From an uncultured Candidatus Marinamargulisbacteria bacterium (GTDB taxonomy: Bacteria > Margulisbacteria > Marinamargulisbacteria > SXXA01 > SICP01): a stretch of 27,676 nucleotides of DNA. The notes below the pieces were generated by a model that had not been told where the DNA came from, made no database searches, and was given only the letters and a program-made list of their open reading frames with translations. Position 1 is the stretch's first letter. Each line of letters opens with the position of its first letter. Below are positions 9,292-18,211 of the stretch, piece by piece. The stretch covers positions 1 to 27,676 of the forward strand of contig CAZZBY010000001.1 in assembly GCA_964652635.1 (NCBI GenBank), given 5' to 3'. A program made the position numbers and the translations under genes.

Positions 9292-9322
9292 CCTCAAAAA
9301 AATCCTAAAGAGTGACAGAATC

Positions 9323-10348
9323 ATGAAAAAAAATCCTGAAAAAGACCTCTTGCCCAATCCCACCAATACCGGAATATTTGGGCTCACCTGCACTCAAGAC
9401 GAAGCAGATTTCATCATTATTCCAGTCCCATGGGATGTCACGGTCAGCTACCGAGAAGGAACATCAACAGGCCCTGTAGCTGTCATTAAAGCCTCCCCTC
9501 AGCTCGACTTATTTAACCCTTCCATCATCGATAAAAACATCAATATCATCTCAGCACTACCAGTCAACCCTCAGTGGAAATCTGAAAATAATCGCTTAAG
9601 GACTATTTCAAAAAGACTCATAAAAAAAATGGAAAATGGAGAAATATTTTCTACACAAGACCACGCTGAGTTAGACGATATCAATCATGGATGCGAAACA
9701 CTACACCAAGAAATCGAAGCCTTATCCAGTATCTACCTCAATCAAGGAAAAATCGTAGGATTATTGGGAGGAGACCATAGCGTGAGTTTAGGAAATATCC
9801 GAGCCGTCTCCAAAAAACACCCAGGCCTAGGAGTACTTCAAGTCGATGCTCACATGGACCTCAGAAAATGCTTCGAGCGTTTTCCGTATTCCCACGCGTC
9901 GATTATTTATAACTCACTCAGTAATACCAATATTTCAAAAATTGTCCAAGTCGGTATCCGGGATTACTGCGAATACGAGTACAATCAAGTCCAAGAGAGT
10001 AACGACAAAGTCATAACATTTTTTGACATTGATCTTAAAAAACAACTCTTTAACGGTATAACTTGGCATTCATTATGCCAAGACATCATCAACACGCTGC
10101 CAAAGGAAGTCTATGTGACATTTGACATCGACGGCCTCAACCCCTGCGAATGCCCAGATACTGGAACTCCAGTCCCTGGTGGATTGACATTTTCAGAAGC
10201 CGCATACTTGCTTCAAAGCATCAAAGCCAGTAATCGAAAAGTTGTCGGATTTGACTTGGTAGAAGTTACCCCAAGTCAAAATGAAATCAATGTCATCAAT
10301 GGAGCACGCATGCTATACGAACTCATCAAATCCAGCATGAGTGTATGA
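9323..10348 (+). CDS. speB: Agmatinase family ureohydrolase
   Basis: GGDHS, DAHMD, TFDIDG and TGTPVPGG Mn-binding motifs; polyamine gene neighbourhood. Start at ATG 9323 because the ORF-track start lies inside tRNA-Phe. Confidence 0.88.
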   Translation: MKKNPEKDLLPNPTNTGIFGLTCTQDEADFIIIPVPWDVTVSYREGTSTGPVAVIKASPQLDLFNPSIIDKNINIISALPVNPQWKSENNRLRTISKRLIKKMENGEIFSTQDHAELDDINHGCETLHQEIEALSSIYLNQGKIVGLLGGDHSVSLGNIRAVSKKHPGLGVLQVDAHMDLRKCFERFPYSHASIIYNSLSNTNISKIVQVGIRDYCEYEYNQVQESNDKVITFFDIDLKKQLFNGITWHSLCQDIINTLPKEVYVTFDIDGLNPCECPDTGTPVPGGLTFSEAAYLLQSIKASNRKVVGFDLVEVTPSQNEINVINGARMLYELIKSSMSV

Positions 10349-10734
10349 AGCAACGACGATTTCACCACCTCAGCATTATCGGATTATCACTTCTGTTTTT
10401 ACTATCGCATGCAGGAATATCATCATTAGTAATTTCAAGTAAGCAAACTCAGAAGCACAATGATACCTGCCAAGAAAGCTGTTGCTGTGCCCCTGGAAAT
10501 TGCAACTGTGATCATCATAGAAGCAAATCAGGAACAACCTTAGTATTTGAATCACCAGACTGTAGCCCAATTAAAAAGTCAGCATCGTTGTCATCCCATA
10601 TAAAAGAAATTCCCATACCAATAGTAGTAGCTGCCATATCTCCTGTCATCAAAGAGTCTAGTGAAATTTCTGAGCAAATCCAATTGCAGATCACGATATC
10701 ATCACAAGCGTTATTTAGGCCTCCGATGAGTTAG
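10345..10734 (+). CDS. Small membrane-anchored Cys/His-rich protein with C-terminal FRPP (DUF2946-like architecture)
   Basis: N-terminal hydrophobic segment, CQESCCCAPGNCNCDHH, ends LFRPPMS. ATGA overlap with the agmatinase stop. Confidence 0.6.
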   Translation: MKQRRFHHLSIIGLSLLFLLSHAGISSLVISSKQTQKHNDTCQESCCCAPGNCNCDHHRSKSGTTLVFESPDCSPIKKSASLSSHIKEIPIPIVVAAISPVIKESSEISEQIQLQITISSQALFRPPMS

Positions 10735-10744
10735 ATTTGAAATA

Positions 10745-10859
10745 ATCACCCCCCATCACTTCGTGCCCCCTCTCCAAGAGGGAAATCAGCAGATGACAAC
10801 AGTCTCACAAAAAAATTCTCTTCTTAGAAGGGGTGGCAGGTAAAGCCTGACGGGGTAGT
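10745..10859. repeat. Degenerate inverted pair of REP-like elements
   Basis: Left arm atcaccccccatcacttcgtgccccctctccaagagggaa resembles the reverse complement of the right arm (actaccccgtcaggctttacctgccaccccttctaagaagagaa), with about 30 bp between them. Confidence 0.65.
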
Positions 10860-10884
10860 CACTTAAACTTCACGGGAGACATAA

Positions 10885-11850
10885 ATGAAAATCAGCCAAA
10901 TTCTAGCAATAGGCCTAGCCTGCATCGTCACAATATCCAGCCTAAACGCAAGCTGCGGATGCGCAAACTGCCCAATAATCAACTACAGCCCAAGCACCGA
11001 TAAAAGAGTAGAAATCGGGCTAAGCTACGAATACATCAATCAAGACCAAATCTATATCGGTAACAATCGATCCACGGTAGGCGCAATCCCAGAGCATCAC
11101 GATGAAAAGGAAACCCTCAACATGTTGTACATCGTAAACGCAAAATACGCCATAACCCCGGAGTGGAGACTACGGGCAGCGCTCCCTTACACTCACCGAG
11201 TCCATGAACACATCCACAATCATCACGGAGAGCAAGAGATAGAAAAATGGGACATCAGTGGATTTGGAGATATCGAAATCGTGAGCGATCACACGCTCTA
11301 TCGCAGTGGGGACTCAGAGTTGGGGATAACCGCAGGGGTCAAACTACCAACAGGCAAAACCCACCTCAAAAATAACAAGGAGGAAGAAGCCGAGGTCTCA
11401 ATACAACCCGGATCAGGATCAACCGATTATTGCGTAGGTCTTTTTTATCAACATGGGCTCATCACAGTCCCCAATACAGATAGGCAGTATATGCGTTTAC
11501 CCATCATACTTGGCACCACCTACACCATAAGTGGACGAGGCACCGAACAATGGCAATTTGGAAACAAACTACTCGCCAACATCGGCACCAGCTATCTGGT
11601 GTCTAAAAAAATATCTACAGGGCTAGATATAACCTACAAATCTCAGAAAAAGGCACTCAGCGGCAGTACAGGTGAGCCATCAGATAACACTGGAGGAGAA
11701 TGGGTATATATCGCACCAAACATCGTAGTAGCACTAAGCCATGTCATATCACTCAAAACAGTGGCTCAAATCCCAGTATGGCAAGATGTCAATGGACTCC
11801 AAACCGTCTCTCCATGGAATCTCCGAGTCGATCTAGGACTTCACTTCTAG
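10885..11850 (+). CDS. Outer-membrane beta-barrel ('transporter' family) with Cys/His metal-binding motifs
   Basis: Signal peptide ending LNA, mature N-terminus SCGCANC, PEHHDE and HEHIHNHH loops, SGFGDI, GVKLPTG, QPGSGSTD, alternating strands, terminal Phe (LGLHF). Confidence 0.75.
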   Translation: MKISQILAIGLACIVTISSLNASCGCANCPIINYSPSTDKRVEIGLSYEYINQDQIYIGNNRSTVGAIPEHHDEKETLNMLYIVNAKYAITPEWRLRAALPYTHRVHEHIHNHHGEQEIEKWDISGFGDIEIVSDHTLYRSGDSELGITAGVKLPTGKTHLKNNKEEEAEVSIQPGSGSTDYCVGLFYQHGLITVPNTDRQYMRLPIILGTTYTISGRGTEQWQFGNKLLANIGTSYLVSKKISTGLDITYKSQKKALSGSTGEPSDNTGGEWVYIAPNIVVALSHVISLKTVAQIPVWQDVNGLQTVSPWNLRVDLGLHF

Positions 11851-11887
11851 CTGAGACCCTACTAAGGGCAACTATCCATGGTTGCCC

Positions 11888-13057
11888 TTAATGTACCATA
11901 TCCAACTTAAAGGCAACGTTCCCCAACCGAGCCTTAAAATCCTCATAGGTAAAGGTACGGTCCAAATGAAATATACCATCCTGATCTACGCGACCAATCG
12001 AGGGGAGGGGAATTCCATTAAAAAACGTACTTTTAACCATCGTATAGTGCGCCATATCTTTAAAAATTAATTTTTGACCAATTTGAAGAGGTTTATCAAA
12101 GGAATAATTTCCAATCACATCCCCAGACAAACAAGTCGTCCCACCCAAGCGATAGGTATACTCCTTTTCATTAGGTTGAGCCGCCCCTTCAATTTCAGGA
12201 CGATAGGGCATTTCAATCACATCCGGCATATGTGCACTAGCTGAGGAATCAATAATCGCCAAATTCATATCGTTGTACATCAAATCCACAACCGATGCGA
12301 CTAGAAACCCAGTCCCAAAGACAACACCTTCACCAGGCTCCATAATAAACTGAACATCAAACTCATTACGAACTACTTTAATCAATCGGATCAAGCGATC
12401 AATATCATAATTAGGGTAAGTCAATCCATGGCCTCCACCACAATTCACCCACTTCATATGGTGCAACAAATCCGAAAATTTTTCCCGAACCACTTCAATC
12501 GTCCGCTCAAGCGAATCCACATGCTTTCCACATAGAGTATGAAAATGAATGCCATCCAACTTAGTAAAATCGAATTTAGATTTATCCATTTCTTCTCGAG
12601 TCACACCTAGGCGAGAAAAAGTACAGCATGGGTCATAAAGGGGATAATTCACTTCCGAATGCTCTGGATTAACCCGAAGCCCAATATCAATATGCGGATA
12701 TTGATCACGAACAAAATAGTAATATCGCTCCAACTGAGACAAGGAATTAAAAACAATATGGTGAGAATACTGACAAATATCATCAATTTCATCGGGTTTA
12801 TAGGCCGGAGAATACACATGGATCTCCTTTCCAAATGTCTCATGGGCCAACCGTGCCTCATTCACCGAACTGGCCGTTGTCCCACTCAAATACTGAGAAA
12901 TCAATGGAAATACCGAAAAAGTTGAAAATGCCTTCAATGCCAAAATAACTTTAGCACCCGTTTCGGTTTGAATACGATTCAGTCGTTCCAAATTTGACTT
13001 TAATCGTCTCTCATCAATCACGTAGCAGGGGGATGGGATATCAGCTAAGGGCAACAT
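11888..13057 (-). CDS. nspC: Carboxy(nor)spermidine decarboxylase
   Basis: PSPCYVIDE, ILALKAFS (PLP Lys), HFHTLC, GGGH, EPGE, HMPDVIEMPY, CLSGD. SD AAGGAG before the ATG at 13057. Confidence 0.94.
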   Translation of the reverse strand: MLPLADIPSPCYVIDERRLKSNLERLNRIQTETGAKVILALKAFSTFSVFPLISQYLSGTTASSVNEARLAHETFGKEIHVYSPAYKPDEIDDICQYSHHIVFNSLSQLERYYYFVRDQYPHIDIGLRVNPEHSEVNYPLYDPCCTFSRLGVTREEMDKSKFDFTKLDGIHFHTLCGKHVDSLERTIEVVREKFSDLLHHMKWVNCGGGHGLTYPNYDIDRLIRLIKVVRNEFDVQFIMEPGEGVVFGTGFLVASVVDLMYNDMNLAIIDSSASAHMPDVIEMPYRPEIEGAAQPNEKEYTYRLGGTTCLSGDVIGNYSFDKPLQIGQKLIFKDMAHYTMVKSTFFNGIPLPSIGRVDQDGIFHLDRTFTYEDFKARLGNVAFKLDMVH

Positions 13058-14246
13058 GGGCAATCTCCTTGTAAGGTAATCCAAATTTTTCGACACGCGC
13101 CATAAATGGGTCTGGGTCAAGTTCTTCCAGGTTAACCACACCTGGCGTCATCCACACCCCTTCTATCATCAGCACCGCCCCCAACAAAGCCGGCACACCA
13201 GTAGTATACGAAATTGCCTGAGCCCCAACCTCACGATAGCATTCATGATGATCACATACATTGCAAATAAAAAGAGTGTGAGGCTGTCCGCTTTGGACCC
13301 CTGAAATTAAACATCCAATCGATGTTTTACCTGTATATTTTTCAGACAAAGAATTTGGATCCGGAAGAAGTGTTTTTAAAAATTGAATCGGAACAATTTC
13401 AACACCGTTATGGACAACCGGATCAATTCGCGTCATCCCAACATTTTCTAAAACTTTAAGGTGATTTAAATAGGACTCTGAAAAGGTCATCCAAAACCGA
13501 AGTCGTTTTACCCCAGGGATATTGACCGCTAAAGATTCCAGTTCTTCATGATACATAAGGTAAGCCTGACGAACGCCAACACCAGGAAAATCAAAGTCAA
13601 TTTTAACCGACAAAGGATCCGTTTCTTTCCACTGGCCATTTTCAAAATAACGACCACGTTGGGTAATTTCTCTAATATTAATTTCGGGATTAAAGTTGGT
13701 AGCAAAGGGAAGTCCATGACTTCCACCGTTGCAATCTAAAATATCAATCGTATCAATTGCGTCAAAATAATGTTTAAGCGCATAAGAACAGTACACATTC
13801 GTCACCCCAGGATCAAAACCGCAACCTAAAGTGGCCATCAGACCAGCACACTTAAATCGATCACGATAAGCCCACTGCCAATGGTACTCAAATTTAGCGA
13901 TATCTGGAGGCTCATAATTGGCCGTATCCAGGTAATGCGCACCTGCTTCTAAGCAGGCATCCATAATCGAAAGGTCTTGATAGGGAAGGGCAAGATTCAC
14001 AACCAGGGCAGCATGAGTCTGTTTAATCAGCTGACCAAGAGAGGGCACATCGTTAGCATCGACCTGATAAGTTTCAAAAGAAGATCGGCATTTTGCACGA
14101 AGATCATCACACACTGATTTTCGACGGCTTGCCACATGAAGGGAAAAAGGCTTAGGATCAAGCAAATCCCATTTGCGGACAAAAACCTGGCCGACTCCGC
14201 CAACACCGATCAACAGGACATTTTTGATTATGACTACCTCCTTCAA
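13041..14246 (-). CDS. Carboxy(nor)spermidine dehydrogenase/synthase (saccharopine dehydrogenase family); start uncertain (TTG 14246, ATA 14231 or ATC 14228)
   Basis: Rossmann IGVGGVG, HYLDTANYEP, GCGFDPGVTN, DILDCNGG, FATNFNPEINIREI. Directly upstream of and overlapping nspC. Confidence 0.92.
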   Translation of the reverse strand: MKEVVIIKNVLLIGVGGVGQVFVRKWDLLDPKPFSLHVASRRKSVCDDLRAKCRSSFETYQVDANDVPSLGQLIKQTHAALVVNLALPYQDLSIMDACLEAGAHYLDTANYEPPDIAKFEYHWQWAYRDRFKCAGLMATLGCGFDPGVTNVYCSYALKHYFDAIDTIDILDCNGGSHGLPFATNFNPEINIREITQRGRYFENGQWKETDPLSVKIDFDFPGVGVRQAYLMYHEELESLAVNIPGVKRLRFWMTFSESYLNHLKVLENVGMTRIDPVVHNGVEIVPIQFLKTLLPDPNSLSEKYTGKTSIGCLISGVQSGQPHTLFICNVCDHHECYREVGAQAISYTTGVPALLGAVLMIEGVWMTPGVVNLEELDPDPFMARVEKFGLPYKEIAHVALS

Positions 14247-14337
14247 AAAATCAGATGCGTACTATAGCTAAAAAAAATCTCGTTGTGTAGTAGAAAAAAT
14301 AATTTAATTATACAAAAATAAAAGAAAGATTTAAGCA

Positions 14338-14988
14338 ATGAAAAATAACTTCTTAGGCTGGCTCATTTCAGTATTTTTCCCTCAACAGTGTATTGAGTGC
14401 AAAACGATTCAAAAAACCTCAATTTGCATAAGCTGCATAAGGCAAGTTATAAAATCAGCATCTTGCCAAAACATTATCCAAAAAATTCCAGTTACTTATT
14501 ATTTCTCGTATGAAACCCTTATTAAGGAAATTCTCCATCAGATTAAATTTAAAAAATCACGAGAATTAGCGATCTTATTTGCAGATCAAATTGCAACCCT
14601 ACCGCTCCCAAACAGAGTAGATCAAAACAGCCTCATTATCCCCATTCCAAGTCACCCTAAGCGGGTTAAAGAACGCGGCTTTAACCATGTTAACCTTCTA
14701 TTTGAACAATGGGCAAAATACCATCACCTCACACTCATCCCCATACTTAGGCGAAAAACAAATACACAATCTCTCTTTAATCTCACCAAAAAACAGCGAG
14801 AATGTGAACTCAAAAATGTCTTTGAATTAAGTCATTATGACTGCATCCAAGGCAAAAAAATCATATTAATTGACGACATCACCACTTCTGGTAGCACCTT
14901 AGCCGAAGCCGCACAATTACTCACAGCCCATGGAGCCTCCCAAGTAATGGCCATCACCCTTGCATTTACCCCACTAGAAAGCCCATGA
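14338..14988 (+). CDS. comF: ComF family protein (Zn finger plus PRTase)
   Basis: CIEC...CISC, IPIP...RVKERGFNH, IILIDDITTSGSTL. Confidence 0.88.
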   Translation: MKNNFLGWLISVFFPQQCIECKTIQKTSICISCIRQVIKSASCQNIIQKIPVTYYFSYETLIKEILHQIKFKKSRELAILFADQIATLPLPNRVDQNSLIIPIPSHPKRVKERGFNHVNLLFEQWAKYHHLTLIPILRRKTNTQSLFNLTKKQRECELKNVFELSHYDCIQGKKIILIDDITTSGSTLAEAAQLLTAHGASQVMAITLAFTPLESP

Positions 14989-17078
14989 GCACCTACAAAC
15001 TCACCCTCAACCAAACATTAATAACACCGCAAAAAATTGCCACTCACTTGATTTCACTAGGCTATAACCGCAGCAACATCGTCATCGAACGAGGTCAGAT
15101 GACCATTCGAGGAAGTATCATCGATATCTTCCCAGTCAATCATTCTCACCCTATTCGGGTCGAAATCGACTTCGACAAAATCGATAGAATCACCTCATTT
15201 GATCCTCAGACTCAGCGCAGCCTAAGTAAAATTAAAAGTACCAATATAAACCCGAATGTCCATACCAAAAAAAATCCATTTCCAGACATCATTCACAGCG
15301 AAATACCACCCATCCTAACCGATTTTAAGGAGGGGGACTATGTTGTTCACGAAAACTACGGTATCGGACAATTCAAAGGTCTCATTCGACTTATTCAAAA
15401 TGGATACGAAGGCGACTACGTCGATCTTCAGTACAAGGGAAAAGACAAAGTCTATGTCCCCATGAATCAACTCCACTTACTTCACCGCTATTCAAGTCAA
15501 GAGGGAAGTCCCAAACTAAATAGCCTCAATGACGGCATCTGGAAGCGAACCAAGGAACGTGCCCAACGAGCCATCATCCTCATGGTTGAAGAAATCTATC
15601 AACTTAGTAAAGAACGTTTAGGAAAAATCGGATTTCAATTCAAAGAAGACACGGAACATCAGATTGAATTTGAATCCCAATTCCCACACCCACTCACTTC
15701 CGATCAAACCAATGCCATCCTGGACATTAAACACGATATGGAAAGCCCATACCCCATGGACAGACTCCTCTGCGGAGATGTCGGATTTGGAAAAACAGAA
15801 GTCCTCCTCCGAGCAGCATTCAAAGCCGTTGAAAACGAAAAGCAAGTCGCCATCTTAGTACCTACCACCATTTTAGCCGATCAACATTTCAAAACATTTA
15901 AAAAACGGTTTAAAAATTTTCCATATCGCATCGAGTTTCTCTCCAGATTTACCGACGATGTCACCGAAAAAAAAATCATTCAGGACATAAAAAAGCATAG
16001 AGTCGATATTCTCATCGGCACCCATCGAATCATCCAAGAAGACATCCAATTTGCAGACTTAGGCCTCCTCGTCATTGACGAAGAACATCGATTCGGCGTC
16101 ACCAACAAAGAAAGACTTAAACAACTCACCCCAAATGTCGACATAATTACGGTCAGTGCGACACCCATTCCACGCACACTTTATACCGCACTAACCGGAG
16201 GGCGACATATTTCAAATATCCTTACTCCACCATTTAAACGAAAACCAATCACCACCTATGTCTGCGAATACTCCAATGACATCGTAAAAGAAGCCATCGC
16301 CATCGAAACTCAACGCCACGGAAAAGTATTTTATCTCTATAATTCCGTCCAACATATCGATACAAAATATCATGCATTACAGACCATATTCCCTGGGATC
16401 AACATTACCATTGTTCACGGACAAATGACCAAAAGCCAACTCCAAAAATCAATGGAAGAATTTCTAGGGCAAAAGGGCCAAATTCTCTTATGTACCACCA
16501 TCATTGAAAATGGACTCGACATCCCTGAAGCCAACACCATCATCATCGAAAACGCCCATGAATTTGGCCTCTCTCAAATTCACCAATTACGAGGGAGGGT
16601 AGGGCGTACAGAGACACAAGGCTACGCCTACATGCTGACACCTCCACAACACAATATCAGTCAAGACGCACTCAAACGTATCCAAGCCATTAAGGAATAT
16701 ACTGCATTAGGTGCCGGCTACAAACTCGCCTTGAAAGATCTCGAAATCAGAGGTGCCGGCACCCTCCTAGGGAATGCCCAATCCGGCCAGATGACCGCCG
16801 TTGGATTTGAAATGTACTGCCAATTATTAGAAGACGCACTACAACTCTCCAAAGAAGGCCAAATTAAGCGAGAAATCCCCCTTCTCAAAGAGGAATACTG
16901 TGCTATCCCCGAAGATTATATCCCCAATCAAAACGAACGCCTCGCTATCTACCAAAAACTCAATAAAATTAAAACTTACCCACAACTTGTTGACATCGAA
17001 GCCGAGCTCAAAGACCGTTACGGAAACATCCCCAAAATCGTCATCGCGATTCTAGACAGCCTCGAACGCAGCTTATAG
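14985..17078 (+). CDS. mfd: Transcription-repair coupling factor, compact 697-aa form
   Basis: UvrB-interaction segment (RGSIIDIFP), RID (GDYVVHENYGIG), Walker A GDVGFGKT, DEEH, SATPIPRT, QLRGRVGR, TRG DLEIRGAG, partial TRCF domain. Confidence 0.9.
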   Translation: MSTYKLTLNQTLITPQKIATHLISLGYNRSNIVIERGQMTIRGSIIDIFPVNHSHPIRVEIDFDKIDRITSFDPQTQRSLSKIKSTNINPNVHTKKNPFPDIIHSEIPPILTDFKEGDYVVHENYGIGQFKGLIRLIQNGYEGDYVDLQYKGKDKVYVPMNQLHLLHRYSSQEGSPKLNSLNDGIWKRTKERAQRAIILMVEEIYQLSKERLGKIGFQFKEDTEHQIEFESQFPHPLTSDQTNAILDIKHDMESPYPMDRLLCGDVGFGKTEVLLRAAFKAVENEKQVAILVPTTILADQHFKTFKKRFKNFPYRIEFLSRFTDDVTEKKIIQDIKKHRVDILIGTHRIIQEDIQFADLGLLVIDEEHRFGVTNKERLKQLTPNVDIITVSATPIPRTLYTALTGGRHISNILTPPFKRKPITTYVCEYSNDIVKEAIAIETQRHGKVFYLYNSVQHIDTKYHALQTIFPGINITIVHGQMTKSQLQKSMEEFLGQKGQILLCTTIIENGLDIPEANTIIIENAHEFGLSQIHQLRGRVGRTETQGYAYMLTPPQHNISQDALKRIQAIKEYTALGAGYKLALKDLEIRGAGTLLGNAQSGQMTAVGFEMYCQLLEDALQLSKEGQIKREIPLLKEEYCAIPEDYIPNQNERLAIYQKLNKIKTYPQLVDIEAELKDRYGNIPKIVIAILDSLERSL

Positions 17079-17175
17079 TCTGATCCTGATACACCATGCA
17101 TTAGCAAAATTTGGACCGGAACAAGATAATACAACAAATTTAGCCCCCTTCTCATCTTTTAAATAGAGTAAAAAA

Positions 17176-17184
17176 TGCTATACT
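17176..17184 (+). promoter_or_regulatory. Extended -10 promoter (leaderless geometry)
   Basis: TG-C-TATACT, 6 nt before the ATG at 17191. No SD. Confidence 0.55.
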
Positions 17185-17190
17185 TCCTTC

Positions 17191-17466
17191 ATGGAAATCA
17201 AGCGAGTGAATATATCAAACCCAAATTGGGACTCCGGCAGTGGAAAAAGCATTGCCGAAAACGTGGCAGTCGTTCTTGATTTAAACAAAAGAAAAATTGC
17301 AGTAAAACGTAAAAGTATTCAAGAAGTCGCAAAAGGCCTTGCCGAAATTGCATACTCGATGGGAGACACTAACGACATCGATTTCCTCTCCGAATGGATT
17401 ACAGAAAACATCGAAGAAGGCCTAAGCCTCGCTGAAAAAAGACGCCGAAAAAAAGCCAAAAAATAA
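17191..17466 (+). CDS. Hypothetical 91-aa protein with basic C-terminal tail
   Basis: ORF fills the gap, ends 3 bp before pdxJ, and has a promoter directly upstream. Ends EKRRRKKAKK. Confidence 0.7.
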   Translation: MEIKRVNISNPNWDSGSGKSIAENVAVVLDLNKRKIAVKRKSIQEVAKGLAEIAYSMGDTNDIDFLSEWITENIEEGLSLAEKRRRKKAKK

Positions 17467-17469
17467 ACA

Positions 17470-18165
17470 ATGCACCTAGGAATTAATATCGATCACATTG
17501 CCACCCTTAGGGAGGCGCGAAGAGAAAAGTTCCCAAGTATCCCCCAAGCAGCTCAAGTTGCACTTACTTCCGGCGCAGATAGCATTACCATTCATCTCCG
17601 TGAAGATCGCCGCCACATCCAAGATTACGACCTTATAGATCTCCAATTCGTACCCAAACTTAATCTCGAAATTGCCTCCGAAGATAACATGATCGACATC
17701 GCCACCAAATTCGCACCATGGGCAGTCTGCATTGTTCCCGAGAAACGGCAAGAAATCACCACCGAAGGTGGACTCAATATCGTCGATCGATTTGAAAAAA
17801 TCAGAGGTCATATCGATAAACTCAAAAGCAAGCCCATCATTGTTTCTGTGTTCCTCGAAGCCGACAAAGCCCAAATCGAAGCAGCCAAATCCGCAGGTGC
17901 ACATGCCATCGAAATTCACACAGGATCCTATGCCAGAGCGATCGATAAAACCTACGATCTCCAAAAAATCCAAAAAGCCGCCGAATTTGCTCACTCCATC
18001 GGACTCAAAGTTCACGCCGGCCATGGATTAGACCTTCAAAACGTCCTGCCAATTGCAGCAATCCCACAAATCACCGAACTTAACATTGGCTTTAGCATCG
18101 TGGCAAATGCACTCTTTATCGGCCTCGGTCCCGCAGTGTCCGAAATGAAAACACTGATTACATAA
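17470..18165 (+). CDS. pdxJ: Pyridoxine 5'-phosphate synthase
   Basis: LGINIDHIATLREAR, HLREDRRHI, VPEKRQEITTEGG, IEIHTG, HAGHGL, ELNIG. Confidence 0.96.
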   Translation: MHLGINIDHIATLREARREKFPSIPQAAQVALTSGADSITIHLREDRRHIQDYDLIDLQFVPKLNLEIASEDNMIDIATKFAPWAVCIVPEKRQEITTEGGLNIVDRFEKIRGHIDKLKSKPIIVSVFLEADKAQIEAAKSAGAHAIEIHTGSYARAIDKTYDLQKIQKAAEFAHSIGLKVHAGHGLDLQNVLPIAAIPQITELNIGFSIVANALFIGLGPAVSEMKTLIT

Positions 18166-18211
18166 AGGGACTGTTGCGAAATACCCCAGATGTACAATTG
18201 ATCGCAATGCA

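Noticed and set aside
11851-11887. Intrinsic terminator between the barrel gene and nspC
   Set aside because: Only a 4-bp stem (CCCT-acta-AGGG) with no U tract.
14985-17078. mfd pseudogene or RecG
   Set aside because: Continuous frame with intact motor motifs. The RID, UvrB-interaction and TRCF segments identify Mfd, not RecG.
17476-18024. Long antisense ORFs (also 1865-2272, 3416-3934, 22740-23177, 26086-26562)
   Set aside because: They are fully nested opposite well-supported genes, show no motifs, and are explained by strand codon bias.
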